64,000 bases of DNA from Candidatus Heimdallarchaeum aukensis (GTDB lineage Archaea > Asgardarchaeota > Heimdallarchaeia > Heimdallarchaeales > Heimdallarchaeaceae), in contig CP084166.1 of the NCBI GenBank assembly GCA_021513695.1, positions 160,001-224,000 of the forward strand. Direction: 5' to 3'. Both the position numbers and the translations under genes were made by a program. Shown here piece after piece: positions 10,302-19,389 of this stretch. Within the stretch, counting starts at the first letter, position 1, and every line of letters begins with the position of its first letter. The notes beneath the pieces are model-generated. The model had not been told where the DNA came from. It saw only the letters and a program-made list of their open reading frames with translations, and made no database searches.

Positions 10302-11417
10302 ATGGTTAGTATTAAAAAAGTTCTCAAGCAACTAGAAGATTCTGATCCTATAGTTCGAAGAGATGCAATACTTACTCTTGGAGAACTAAAAGACGAAAAA
10401 GGGGTTGATCCTTTAATTAAGTGTGTTCAACAAGAAATAAAAGAAAATAGAATCACCGCTATTGTTGCACTTTCAGATATTGGAGATCATAGGGCTATTG
10501 AAATATTAATCTACTGTTTAATGGATGATGATGAAGAAATAAGACTTGCTGCTGCTCGAGCTTTAGGACGATTTACTTCTCCTCAAGCTATCACTACTTT
10601 ACTTGTTTCATTAAAAAAAGACCCAAGTGTGAGAGTTAAGAGTCGTGCAGCTCTATCTTTAGGGAGTATTGGTTCAGAACTGCCTGTTGAAGAATTACTT
10701 AAAGAATCTAAATTAGAACACCCAACCACTCTTCTTTATTCTATAAATTCTGCTTTGACAATGATAGCAAAGAAAAATGGTTATAGTTCAGTAGATGAAC
10801 TTGTTCAAAAAATAAGGGCTAAAAAGGCAGAAGTAGATGAGAAAACACCAGAGCATAAACAAATTCAGGAGAAAGAAGAGCTCGAATCTTTTCCTCGTTT
10901 ATATGACTACATTAGAAAATATGTAGCTCGAGAACTAGAAGGGGTACAAACAGTATTAAGTATTAACTCAGATGAAAAGACTGCATCAAAGAAAATAGCT
11001 GATATTTTAGCAGAAAAATTCTGGAAATTTGCTGAATGGATCGGAAAAAGAATGGGACATAAATTAACTGAATATCAATCTGATTTGCTCTGGCAGATGA
11101 TATGGGATACATCAAGGCCAATTAGAAATGAAATTTACCAAATGATAAGAGATCATCGCTCAGAATTAGAGGAATTAAATCGATTCCAGAAATGGCTCAA
11201 CAAAATAGAAGAACAAAAAGAAGAAGAAATCGTTAAAGATATTGAAAGAAGCAGACCTAAACCCATTATTCAAACTTCAAATAATGTGAAAAAAGACGAA
11301 GCAGAGACAATTAGAGCTGCAGATTTGGCAAGAAGTATTTCTTCAAATCTTGAAGAAATAATGGGCAAATATTCTAGTTGGAAAACAAGAGAGTTAAAAG
11401 ATGAAGAAGATTATTAA
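10302..11417 (+). CDS. HEAT (PBS-lyase type) repeat protein, copy 1
   Basis: Repeated 'D..VRR.A...LG' HEAT units in the N-terminal third ('DSDPIVRRDAILTLGEL', 'DEEIRLAAARALGRF', 'DPSVRVKSRAALSLGSIG'). Confidence 0.55.
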   Translation: MVSIKKVLKQLEDSDPIVRRDAILTLGELKDEKGVDPLIKCVQQEIKENRITAIVALSDIGDHRAIEILIYCLMDDDEEIRLAAARALGRFTSPQAITTLLVSLKKDPSVRVKSRAALSLGSIGSELPVEELLKESKLEHPTTLLYSINSALTMIAKKNGYSSVDELVQKIRAKKAEVDEKTPEHKQIQEKEELESFPRLYDYIRKYVARELEGVQTVLSINSDEKTASKKIADILAEKFWKFAEWIGKRMGHKLTEYQSDLLWQMIWDTSRPIRNEIYQMIRDHRSELEELNRFQKWLNKIEEQKEEEIVKDIERSRPKPIIQTSNNVKKDEAETIRAADLARSISSNLEEIMGKYSSWKTRELKDEEDY

Positions 11418-11569
11418 GCTTCTTTAAAATTCTGAAAATTGCCAAAAAAATTTTTCTAAAACAATTTTTTATTATTTATTAATTTTCGTAATACCTTGCT
11501 AATACTAAATCCTTCACGACAAAAACATATTTATTTCTGTTTACAATTGTGATATAGTAGATATCTAAG

Positions 11570-11779
11570 ATGGAATATGGGGTTAATATGAAAAAAAAGC
11601 TGATTACATTTAAAGTAACAGAAGCTATGATGAAATGGATAGCAGAAATGATGGAAAAGGGGAATTATAAAAATAGAACAGAATTAATTGTAGATGCTCT
11701 TAGAGAGTTTCTCATCCAAGAAAGAATGGTTGAAGATCAGGAAGAACTAGAAGCAATTTTTGAAAGAATTGATGAATAG
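11570..11779 (+). CDS. ribbon-helix-helix (CopG/Arc/MetJ-like) small DNA-binding protein, copy 1
   Basis: 69 aa; beta-strand 'KLITFKVTEAM' followed by two helices ending 'NRTELIVDALREFL', the typical RHH pattern. Confidence 0.5.
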   Translation: MEYGVNMKKKLITFKVTEAMMKWIAEMMEKGNYKNRTELIVDALREFLIQERMVEDQEELEAIFERIDE

Positions 11780-11821
11780 TTCTCTTATAACTCCTTCTGT
11801 ATTTCTGTTATTTTAGCCCTA

Positions 11822-12628
11822 TTATTCAAACCAATACATAGATGTTTTTTCGAAACATTCTTTTGTTAAATTTTGTGAAAGCTTAAAATAATTAGTAACT
11901 TTTTTATCTATCCTTTTTCTGAAAATCACTGCTTGATTAAAATCTCTATCTGATTTTATCCAGTTTTTTGTAATTTCTTTCATTGTTACCCAGATATCAG
12001 AGGAAGGAAAAGGGATTGGTATCTCTCTAAAAAGGTTTGAAGTTATGTCTCTTACAATAAAACTTTCTACTATAAATTGAACAAATGAGGAGGAAAGATA
12101 ACCAAACAACCCATAAAGGTCTATTTGTTCATCAGGAATTATGATGTCAAAAATGTCGTTTACGTAATAGCCTTCTAGGTCCAAACCAATAAAATACTTC
12201 TTTCCTCTATTTCTACGGACTATTTTTGGTTTTTCAAATATTTGATGATCTCCTGGTGCTCCTAATACTTTTCTGTCATAAATTATTTTTTCTTTTCCTG
12301 GAAAAACTTCAAAGTTTATGACACCTTCTTTGTAATTATTTGAAAAGATATTGTGTCTTACTATTTCTACAGATTTAATTTCATTTGAATATTTCTTTTT
12401 TTTAATATACTTCTCTTTGTATCTCTTTGTTATCGTTAATCCTCGTCTAATAAAAGAATGTTCTTTTAATTTAGGGTAATTATTCAGGATAGTGCTGATT
12501 TCCTTTTGACTTTCAGAACTAAAATTTGAAAAAAGAAAAAGAGGAGGGAAAATGAAGCTATAGTCTATTTTGTGTTCATGATTATCTTTTCTTTTATGAA
12601 ATTTAATGTAATTACTTTCGTTTTTTAA
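11822..12628 (-). pseudogene. 3' fragment (C-terminal ~269 codons) of the N6-adenine DNA methyltransferase gene, created by the tandem duplication
   Basis: Identical by eye to 15170-15976, the C-terminal part of the 663-aa MTase. It lacks the N-terminal catalytic motifs and any upstream start. The ORF track reports only the last 120 codons, from an internal TTG. Confidence 0.7.
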
Positions 12629-13524
12629 AAATCGATGATTTTTAATTCTGTATTTTCTATAATCTTCTTTGAAAATTCTAGTATTTTTGGGTACCTTGGC
12701 ATTATTTCATAAGGTAACCTTTTTCTTGCGTCTCCAACACTCATAAAACCTTTTACTTCTAGAAAATGAGCTTCTGATCTTAAAAATAATTCAGCAAAAG
12801 CTTCTGGTTCGACTAAATTGTAGTTTTCATCTACTAAAGTTAATCTTATAACTTTTCTAGTGTTAAGCGAAGGAAGTAATTCAATTGTTTCCATCACTTT
12901 GTTCCATAGATTTGAAAAAGAAGGACGAGCAGTTTTTTTGAAACTTTCTTCAGTAGGGGCAATTAGAGTAACATAGAGTTGAGTAGGAAGAGGGTCAAGT
13001 TTCTTCAACATTTCAGGATTAGTGCCATTAGTTACTAGAAAAGTAGTCATATCACGATTGTGGAACTCTTGAATTAATTCTGGTAACAAAGGATAGAAAG
13101 TTGGTTCTCCACTTAAAGAAATTGCAGCATGTTTTGGATTGTAAGCTTCTTCATATAATCTTGGTTCTACTTTTGGATGATTTTTGAATCCTGCAATTAG
13201 TCTTCTTTGATGTTCTATCATTTGATCAATAATATATTCCGGTTTGTCAACTTTTCCTCTCATTAATTCTTTGTTGTACCATGATGCACTTCTCCAGCAA
13301 AAAACACATTTTAGATTACACCATATTGTTGCAGGAGTACATTGAAGACAACGGTGAGAAGCTATTCCGTAAAATTGTTGTTTATAGCAAAAACCTTCTC
13401 CTTTTAACGCGTGCTTTAACCAGGTGCAAATTTTTACTGCAGAGTGATTACCAGCTATTCTGTACTGTTGTTTTTCTAGTTTGTCTTTCAATTTTGGAGG
13501 AATAATGTTTGTATTTAAACTCAT
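12625..13524 (-). CDS. taw1: Taw1 copy 2, 3'-truncated by the duplication junction (C-terminal ~24 aa replaced by 'F' then stop)
   Basis: Identical to 9283-10174 over its length. The protein ends '...LKIIDF' instead of '...LKIIDSKEDSAVTLIAKEDYNWRKNLGE'. Confidence 0.6.
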   Translation of the reverse strand: MSLNTNIIPPKLKDKLEKQQYRIAGNHSAVKICTWLKHALKGEGFCYKQQFYGIASHRCLQCTPATIWCNLKCVFCWRSASWYNKELMRGKVDKPEYIIDQMIEHQRRLIAGFKNHPKVEPRLYEEAYNPKHAAISLSGEPTFYPLLPELIQEFHNRDMTTFLVTNGTNPEMLKKLDPLPTQLYVTLIAPTEESFKKTARPSFSNLWNKVMETIELLPSLNTRKVIRLTLVDENYNLVEPEAFAELFLRSEAHFLEVKGFMSVGDARKRLPYEIMPRYPKILEFSKKIIENTELKIIDF

Positions 13525-13649
13525 TAGATTTACTTATTTTCTTTATTTTTAGACTTTATCTTTATTGAAATTTTTTTGATTAAATTTACTATAAAATTAA
13601 CAAAGGAAAACAATAGATTAAAATATTTAAAAAATTAAAATATACTGAT

Positions 13650-14765
13650 ATGGTTAGTATTAAAAAAGTTCTCAAGCAACTAGAAGATTCTGATCCTATA
13701 GTTCGAAGAGATGCAATACTTACTCTTGGAGAACTAAAAGACGAAAAAGGGGTTGATCCTTTAATTAAGTGTGTTCAACAAGAAATAAAAGAAAATAGAA
13801 TCACCGCTATTGTTGCACTTTCAGATATTGGAGATCATAGGGCTATTGAAATATTAATCTACTGTTTAATGGATGATGATGAAGAAATAAGACTTGCTGC
13901 TGCTCGAGCTTTAGGACGATTTACTTCTCCTCAAGCTATCACTACTTTACTTGTTTCATTAAAAAAAGACCCAAGTGTGAGAGTTAAGAGTCGTGCAGCT
14001 CTATCTTTAGGGAGTATTGGTTCAGAACTGCCTGTTGAAGAATTACTTAAAGAATCTAAATTAGAACACCCAACCACTCTTCTTTATTCTATAAATTCTG
14101 CTTTGACAATGATAGCAAAGAAAAATGGTTATAGTTCAGTAGATGAACTTGTTCAAAAAATAAGGGCTAAAAAGGCAGAAGTAGATGAGAAAACACCAGA
14201 GCATAAACAAATTCAGGAGAAAGAAGAGCTCGAATCTTTTCCTCGTTTATATGACTACATTAGAAAATATGTAGCTCGAGAACTAGAAGGGGTACAAACA
14301 GTATTAAGTATTAACTCAGATGAAAAGACTGCATCAAAGAAAATAGCTGATATTTTAGCAGAAAAATTCTGGAAATTTGCTGAATGGATCGGAAAAAGAA
14401 TGGGACATAAATTAACTGAATATCAATCTGATTTGCTCTGGCAGATGATATGGGATACATCAAGGCCAATTAGAAATGAAATTTACCAAATGATAAGAGA
14501 TCATCGCTCAGAATTAGAGGAATTAAATCGATTCCAGAAATGGCTCAACAAAATAGAAGAACAAAAAGAAGAAGAAATCGTTAAAGATATTGAAAGAAGC
14601 AGACCTAAACCCATTATTCAAACTTCAAATAATGTGAAAAAAGACGAAGCAGAGACAATTAGAGCTGCAGATTTGGCAAGAAGTATTTCTTCAAATCTTG
14701 AAGAAATAATGGGCAAATATTCTAGTTGGAAAACAAGAGAGTTAAAAGATGAAGAAGATTATTAA
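13650..14765 (+). CDS. HEAT repeat protein, copy 2 (identical to 10302-11417)
   Basis: The 371-aa translation is identical to copy 1. Confidence 0.55.
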   Translation: MVSIKKVLKQLEDSDPIVRRDAILTLGELKDEKGVDPLIKCVQQEIKENRITAIVALSDIGDHRAIEILIYCLMDDDEEIRLAAARALGRFTSPQAITTLLVSLKKDPSVRVKSRAALSLGSIGSELPVEELLKESKLEHPTTLLYSINSALTMIAKKNGYSSVDELVQKIRAKKAEVDEKTPEHKQIQEKEELESFPRLYDYIRKYVARELEGVQTVLSINSDEKTASKKIADILAEKFWKFAEWIGKRMGHKLTEYQSDLLWQMIWDTSRPIRNEIYQMIRDHRSELEELNRFQKWLNKIEEQKEEEIVKDIERSRPKPIIQTSNNVKKDEAETIRAADLARSISSNLEEIMGKYSSWKTRELKDEEDY

Positions 14766-14917
14766 GCTTCTTTAAAATTCTGAAAATTGCCAAAAAAATT
14801 TTTCTAAAACAATTTTTTATTATTTATTAATTTTCGTAATACCTTGCTAATACTAAATCCTTCACGACAAAAACATATTTATTTCTGTTTACAATTGTGA
14901 TATAGTAGATATCTAAG

Positions 14918-15127
14918 ATGGAATATGGGGTTAATATGAAAAAAAAGCTGATTACATTTAAAGTAACAGAAGCTATGATGAAATGGATAGCAGAAATGAT
15001 GGAAAAGGGGAATTATAAAAATAGAACAGAATTAATTGTAGATGCTCTTAGAGAGTTTCTCATCCAAGAAAGAATGGTTGAAGATCAGGAAGAACTAGAA
15101 GCAATTTTTGAAAGAATTGATGAATAG
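14918..15127 (+). CDS. RHH small DNA-binding protein, copy 2
   Basis: Identical to 11570-11779; convergent with, and 42 bp from, the 3' end of the MTase gene. Confidence 0.5.
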   Translation: MEYGVNMKKKLITFKVTEAMMKWIAEMMEKGNYKNRTELIVDALREFLIQERMVEDQEELEAIFERIDE

Positions 15128-15169
15128 TTCTCTTATAACTCCTTCTGTATTTCTGTTATTTTAGCCCTA

Positions 15170-17161
15170 TTATTCAAACCAATACATAGATGTTTTTTCG
15201 AAACATTCTTTTGTTAAATTTTGTGAAAGCTTAAAATAATTAGTAACTTTTTTATCTATCCTTTTTCTGAAAATCACTGCTTGATTAAAATCTCTATCTG
15301 ATTTTATCCAGTTTTTTGTAATTTCTTTCATTGTTACCCAGATATCAGAGGAAGGAAAAGGGATTGGTATCTCTCTAAAAAGGTTTGAAGTTATGTCTCT
15401 TACAATAAAACTTTCTACTATAAATTGAACAAATGAGGAGGAAAGATAACCAAACAACCCATAAAGGTCTATTTGTTCATCAGGAATTATGATGTCAAAA
15501 ATGTCGTTTACGTAATAGCCTTCTAGGTCCAAACCAATAAAATACTTCTTTCCTCTATTTCTACGGACTATTTTTGGTTTTTCAAATATTTGATGATCTC
15601 CTGGTGCTCCTAATACTTTTCTGTCATAAATTATTTTTTCTTTTCCTGGAAAAACTTCAAAGTTTATGACACCTTCTTTGTAATTATTTGAAAAGATATT
15701 GTGTCTTACTATTTCTACAGATTTAATTTCATTTGAATATTTCTTTTTTTTAATATACTTCTCTTTGTATCTCTTTGTTATCGTTAATCCTCGTCTAATA
15801 AAAGAATGTTCTTTTAATTTAGGGTAATTATTCAGGATAGTGCTGATTTCCTTTTGACTTTCAGAACTAAAATTTGAAAAAAGAAAAAGAGGAGGGAAAA
15901 TGAAGCTATAGTCTATTTTGTGTTCATGATTATCTTTTCTTTTATGAAATTTAATGTAATTACTTTCGTTTTTTAAATCCATTGATAACAAAAAGAATTC
16001 ATTGGAAACGTCTTTAAAGGAATAATCTAAATCTGTGTAAATTTCTACATCATATCTATTATCTTTGAGGTGTTTTCTCCATTTCTTGCCATAAGTATCA
16101 GTTATGATACCTGAAGGTAATATTAATCCTACTTTCTCTTTGGATAAACTTTCTGCAATGATCAAAAAAGGTAGAGCAAAATTATATTTTCCAAAGATTC
16201 TATTTTTATAAGGTTCTCTCTTTAAGAATTCTTTATATCTATTATTTATTTTTTTATATTCTATCCACGGTGGATTTCCAATAACAAAATCAAAAAATTT
16301 TTTCTGAAGACTTAAACTTTCATCAAAAAATATTTCAGGCAAATCAACAAAAAAGCTAAATTTGGATAGAGAAGGATATTTCTTCGATATTTCATCTCTT
16401 TTTGTTAAACATTCTTTTATATCTTGAAAAGAAATTTCTTTTTTACCAAATATCACTTCTCTTCTTTTTTCACGAAGTATCGCTAAAAGTTTCAAAAAAG
16501 TTGTATTTTTTCTTTCTGACATTTGCTTTATTATTCTTTCATCATAACCAAGAATGCTATCTCCGTATTTTGAGATTAAAGGAAGTAATTTTCTTTTTCT
16601 ATTATCTTGTAACATGAAAAAGAGTTTGAAAACTTGAAATTCATAAATAAATGGATCAACTTCAACTGAATATGGCATAATCTCTTGTTTTTCAAAAGCT
16701 GGGTAGAGAAAATCTCCTATTCCTGAAGAAATATCGATAACTGTTTTAGTTTTTTTAGAATTGTTACTCAAAATATCTAATAAATCATATACCTTTTTAA
16801 CAAGAATCCTATTAGTAAAATATTGACCTGTTAATCTCGTTTTATCTTGAATAAGTGATAAAATATTAACTTCATTTATTGTCTTGATTATATTTTTGAT
16901 TTGTTCAAAAACCCAAACTGGTAACTTTTTTTCTAGAACTCTGAGTTTTTCTAACGATAGAAGTATTTGCTTATCATCTTGATTTAGATTAACCAGATTT
17001 ATTAACGAAGTTTTTTGTTGATTTTGTTCAGATGAAAAGGATGAAGAATTGTAAATAAAGTAAAACTTTACTATCATCGATTTTAATTCATTAACTGAAA
17101 CTTTGTACCTACTAGCCTTTTTCTGAATTCTACTATGTAGATTTTCCTCTTTTATTTCCAT
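15170..17161 (-). CDS. gamma-class N6-adenine DNA methyltransferase with a large C-terminal target-recognition region (no nuclease domain seen)
   Basis: Motif X 'GQYFTNRILV'; motif I 'VIDISSGIGDFL'; motif IV 'FVIGNPPWIEY' (NPPW). The order X-I-IV indicates gamma class; ~360 aa follow motif IV. Confidence 0.75.
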   Translation of the reverse strand: MEIKEENLHSRIQKKASRYKVSVNELKSMIVKFYFIYNSSSFSSEQNQQKTSLINLVNLNQDDKQILLSLEKLRVLEKKLPVWVFEQIKNIIKTINEVNILSLIQDKTRLTGQYFTNRILVKKVYDLLDILSNNSKKTKTVIDISSGIGDFLYPAFEKQEIMPYSVEVDPFIYEFQVFKLFFMLQDNRKRKLLPLISKYGDSILGYDERIIKQMSERKNTTFLKLLAILREKRREVIFGKKEISFQDIKECLTKRDEISKKYPSLSKFSFFVDLPEIFFDESLSLQKKFFDFVIGNPPWIEYKKINNRYKEFLKREPYKNRIFGKYNFALPFLIIAESLSKEKVGLILPSGIITDTYGKKWRKHLKDNRYDVEIYTDLDYSFKDVSNEFFLLSMDLKNESNYIKFHKRKDNHEHKIDYSFIFPPLFLFSNFSSESQKEISTILNNYPKLKEHSFIRRGLTITKRYKEKYIKKKKYSNEIKSVEIVRHNIFSNNYKEGVINFEVFPGKEKIIYDRKVLGAPGDHQIFEKPKIVRRNRGKKYFIGLDLEGYYVNDIFDIIIPDEQIDLYGLFGYLSSSFVQFIVESFIVRDITSNLFREIPIPFPSSDIWVTMKEITKNWIKSDRDFNQAVIFRKRIDKKVTNYFKLSQNLTKECFEKTSMYWFE

Positions 17162-17243
17162 TATTTCCCATTTTAATTTATAAGATAAAAAAATTCTCTT
17201 AAATACTTAAAGCTACAGATATCTTTTTATTTTTTAGCTACGT

Positions 17244-19307
17244 ATGTCTCATATATTGAAGCAAAATGTAAAGATACCCAAAGAAATACTCCCATTCTAT
17301 AAATTATTTAATGATTATGAGAAAGAACAATTTCAAAAATTGTCATCTTTAAACCAAATGTCTAATTTAAATGAAATAGGTACATTATTGTTAGATATCT
17401 TTAATAAAGAAATTGAACACACTTCATATTTTATGCTTGCTCTTGGCAGAATATTATATCATACTTCAGATATGTTAAATCTTGAAAATATCTATAAAGA
17501 AACCGATTCTGCTGAAATAGGGTTATGGTACGCTTTCTTGAGAATTATTAGTTCAGACGATGTACGAAAGGAAGAAATTCTATTAGATCAACTGAAAGAA
17601 AAACTAAATTATTCCTTATTGCACCTTCTTTGGACTATTGTTGAGCTTAATTTTTATGTATATTCAGGAAATCAATTTAATTTTAGAGAAACTAAAGATA
17701 TTATAATTAATCGTTTTTTAGTTGAAGATATCGAAAATAGAGAAAAACATAAAGTGATTTTCAAGCTTTTTTATTCATATATTTTAATTATAGAAATAAA
17801 TTTGAATTTTCTACAGAATCACATTTCATATGCTAAAGACCTACTTATCCATGCTTCTGATATTATAGTTACTTTAGAAGATAGGATTTTAGAGTCGATG
17901 CAACTTAGATTATCTGCATTAATTGAGTTAAGAAAAAACAACTTTTCAACAGCTCAACATCTATTTTTACGTTCTCTTGCTCTCGCAGATATGTTAAAAG
18001 AAATAAGATTTGCAATACAAGTTAATTCAGAAATTGGAGACCTATATCTACAGATGGGCCATGTTAAAGATGCAAAATTGTTTTACGATAAATCACTAGA
18101 GCTTTTAAAAAAGCATGTACCTTATGATTCTTCATTGCAAGGCATTCTACTTTCTAAGATTGCTGATTACTATTTTGTGAATGAAAAGTTTCAAAAGTCT
18201 CTAGATTTGCTTGATGAAGCTCTTTCATTCTTTAAAGTAGATAATAATTTTTCATTTCAGATCAAACTCAAATACATTGAATATCTTTTAAATTTGAAAA
18301 AAGTTAATAAAGCAGAATCTTTGTTGGTTTCAAGTTTTCAAAAGAAAGACAATTATCTTTATTTGCAGAATCAGAGTTTTTGCCTGTATTTAAGAGGATT
18401 TATTGAATTTCTTAAGAAGAATTTTGGTAAAGCCCAGTCTTTCCTCTATGAGGCAATAGGGATTGCAGATAGAACAGGAGATGAATGGACCAGTTCAAAA
18501 TCTTTAGTTCTTCTTTTAATTTTGCTTCTTCTAAAGTATAACTTAGCTTCAAAAGTAGACGATATAGTAGAAGCAGACAAGTGTGTAGATGATATAATTA
18601 CATTTTTAGAAGAAAAAGCGAAGTTTAAAGAACTTGCTCAGATATATCTAATTCGAGCTAAGATAAGAAAAATACTTCTCGACTTTGAGACTTCACTTTT
18701 TTTACTGAAAACAGGAGAAAATATAGCTAGACAGTATTATCCTGAACTTATTACTAAATATGAAGAAAATATTGATGAGATTTCTAGACTCTTAAATTTT
18801 GAAAACATTGCAGAGACAGAAACACCCTCCATAGATTTCAAGGAAGATATTGACACAATTTTTCAAATTCTTATCAGACAGACTAAAAAACTTGGTTCTC
18901 CAATAGAAAGTATTACAATAGCCGTACTTATTTTTCATTCAAGCGGTATACCAGTTCGGACTTATCGTTCTGAAGAGCTCTATATTAGTGATGATATGAT
19001 CTTTGGTGGTTTTGTGTCAGCAATAAGACATCTGCTTGATGAATTGTTCTATTCCCAAGAATCAAAGTCTTTAAGTGTTGATCATGGACAGTACAAGCTT
19101 CTAATTGAGTTTTACAAGAATTTATTTTCTATTGTTATTCTTACTGTTCGAGATAGCTTCTTGTTACGCAGAAAGATGCATCAATTAGTTAGTTTTGTAG
19201 CTTCAAAGGATCTGTTCAAAGAGAAATATTTTGGTAAAATTGATGAACTTGCTTTGAGAGACATTGATTCATTTGTTGAGAAGTTGTTTAAAGTCAAAAA
19301 GAATTAG
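17244..19307 (+). CDS. TPR-like helical repeat protein with a C-terminal Roadblock/LC7-like domain (paralogue A)
   Basis: N-terminal amphipathic helical repeats. The C-terminal ~130 aa share motifs with the next gene: 'SGIPVRTY', 'MIFGGFVSAIRHLLDELF', 'FSIVILTVRDSFLLRRKMHQLV'. Confidence 0.45.
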   Translation: MSHILKQNVKIPKEILPFYKLFNDYEKEQFQKLSSLNQMSNLNEIGTLLLDIFNKEIEHTSYFMLALGRILYHTSDMLNLENIYKETDSAEIGLWYAFLRIISSDDVRKEEILLDQLKEKLNYSLLHLLWTIVELNFYVYSGNQFNFRETKDIIINRFLVEDIENREKHKVIFKLFYSYILIIEINLNFLQNHISYAKDLLIHASDIIVTLEDRILESMQLRLSALIELRKNNFSTAQHLFLRSLALADMLKEIRFAIQVNSEIGDLYLQMGHVKDAKLFYDKSLELLKKHVPYDSSLQGILLSKIADYYFVNEKFQKSLDLLDEALSFFKVDNNFSFQIKLKYIEYLLNLKKVNKAESLLVSSFQKKDNYLYLQNQSFCLYLRGFIEFLKKNFGKAQSFLYEAIGIADRTGDEWTSSKSLVLLLILLLLKYNLASKVDDIVEADKCVDDIITFLEEKAKFKELAQIYLIRAKIRKILLDFETSLFLLKTGENIARQYYPELITKYEENIDEISRLLNFENIAETETPSIDFKEDIDTIFQILIRQTKKLGSPIESITIAVLIFHSSGIPVRTYRSEELYISDDMIFGGFVSAIRHLLDELFYSQESKSLSVDHGQYKLLIEFYKNLFSIVILTVRDSFLLRRKMHQLVSFVASKDLFKEKYFGKIDELALRDIDSFVEKLFKVKKN

Positions 19308-19389
19308 TTATTTATGCTCATAAAAAGTTTTTTCTTTTAGACGTAACAAGATAATATTTTTAAGAATAGTAAATATAATGTAAATAAGA

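Larger units (their letters stand above)
9281..12628. repeat. tandem direct duplication, copy 1 (~3348 bp)
   Basis: Identical by eye to 12629-15976 except two homopolymer-T length differences in the Taw1-HEAT intergenic region. Junction is at 12628/12629: '...cgttttttaaa|aatcgatgattttt...'. Confidence 0.9.
12629..15976. repeat. tandem direct duplication, copy 2 (~3348 bp)
   Basis: See copy 1. The offset between copies is 3350 bp at the Taw1 start and 3348 bp from the HEAT gene onward. Confidence 0.9.

Noticed and set aside
11420-11569. Imperfect dyad 'GATAT-agtag-ATATC' upstream of the RHH gene as an operator
   Set aside because: Only a 5-bp arm in AT-rich DNA, so it is too likely by chance. 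It is mentioned only as a weak candidate.
11822-12184. 120-aa ORF that might be an independent small gene
   Set aside because: It is the C-terminal end of the duplicated MTase fragment (identical to the end of 15170-17161). Homology continues upstream to the duplication junction at 12628, and the 'M' is an internal TTG (Leu) in the parent gene.
9281-15976. Large direct repeat considered as a CRISPR-like or IS-mediated repeat
   Set aside because: The units are 3.3 kb, gene-containing and exactly tandem, with no short repeat-spacer periodicity, no transposase at the junction and only 1-3 nt microhomology. I treat it as a segmental duplication, not a CRISPR array or composite transposon.
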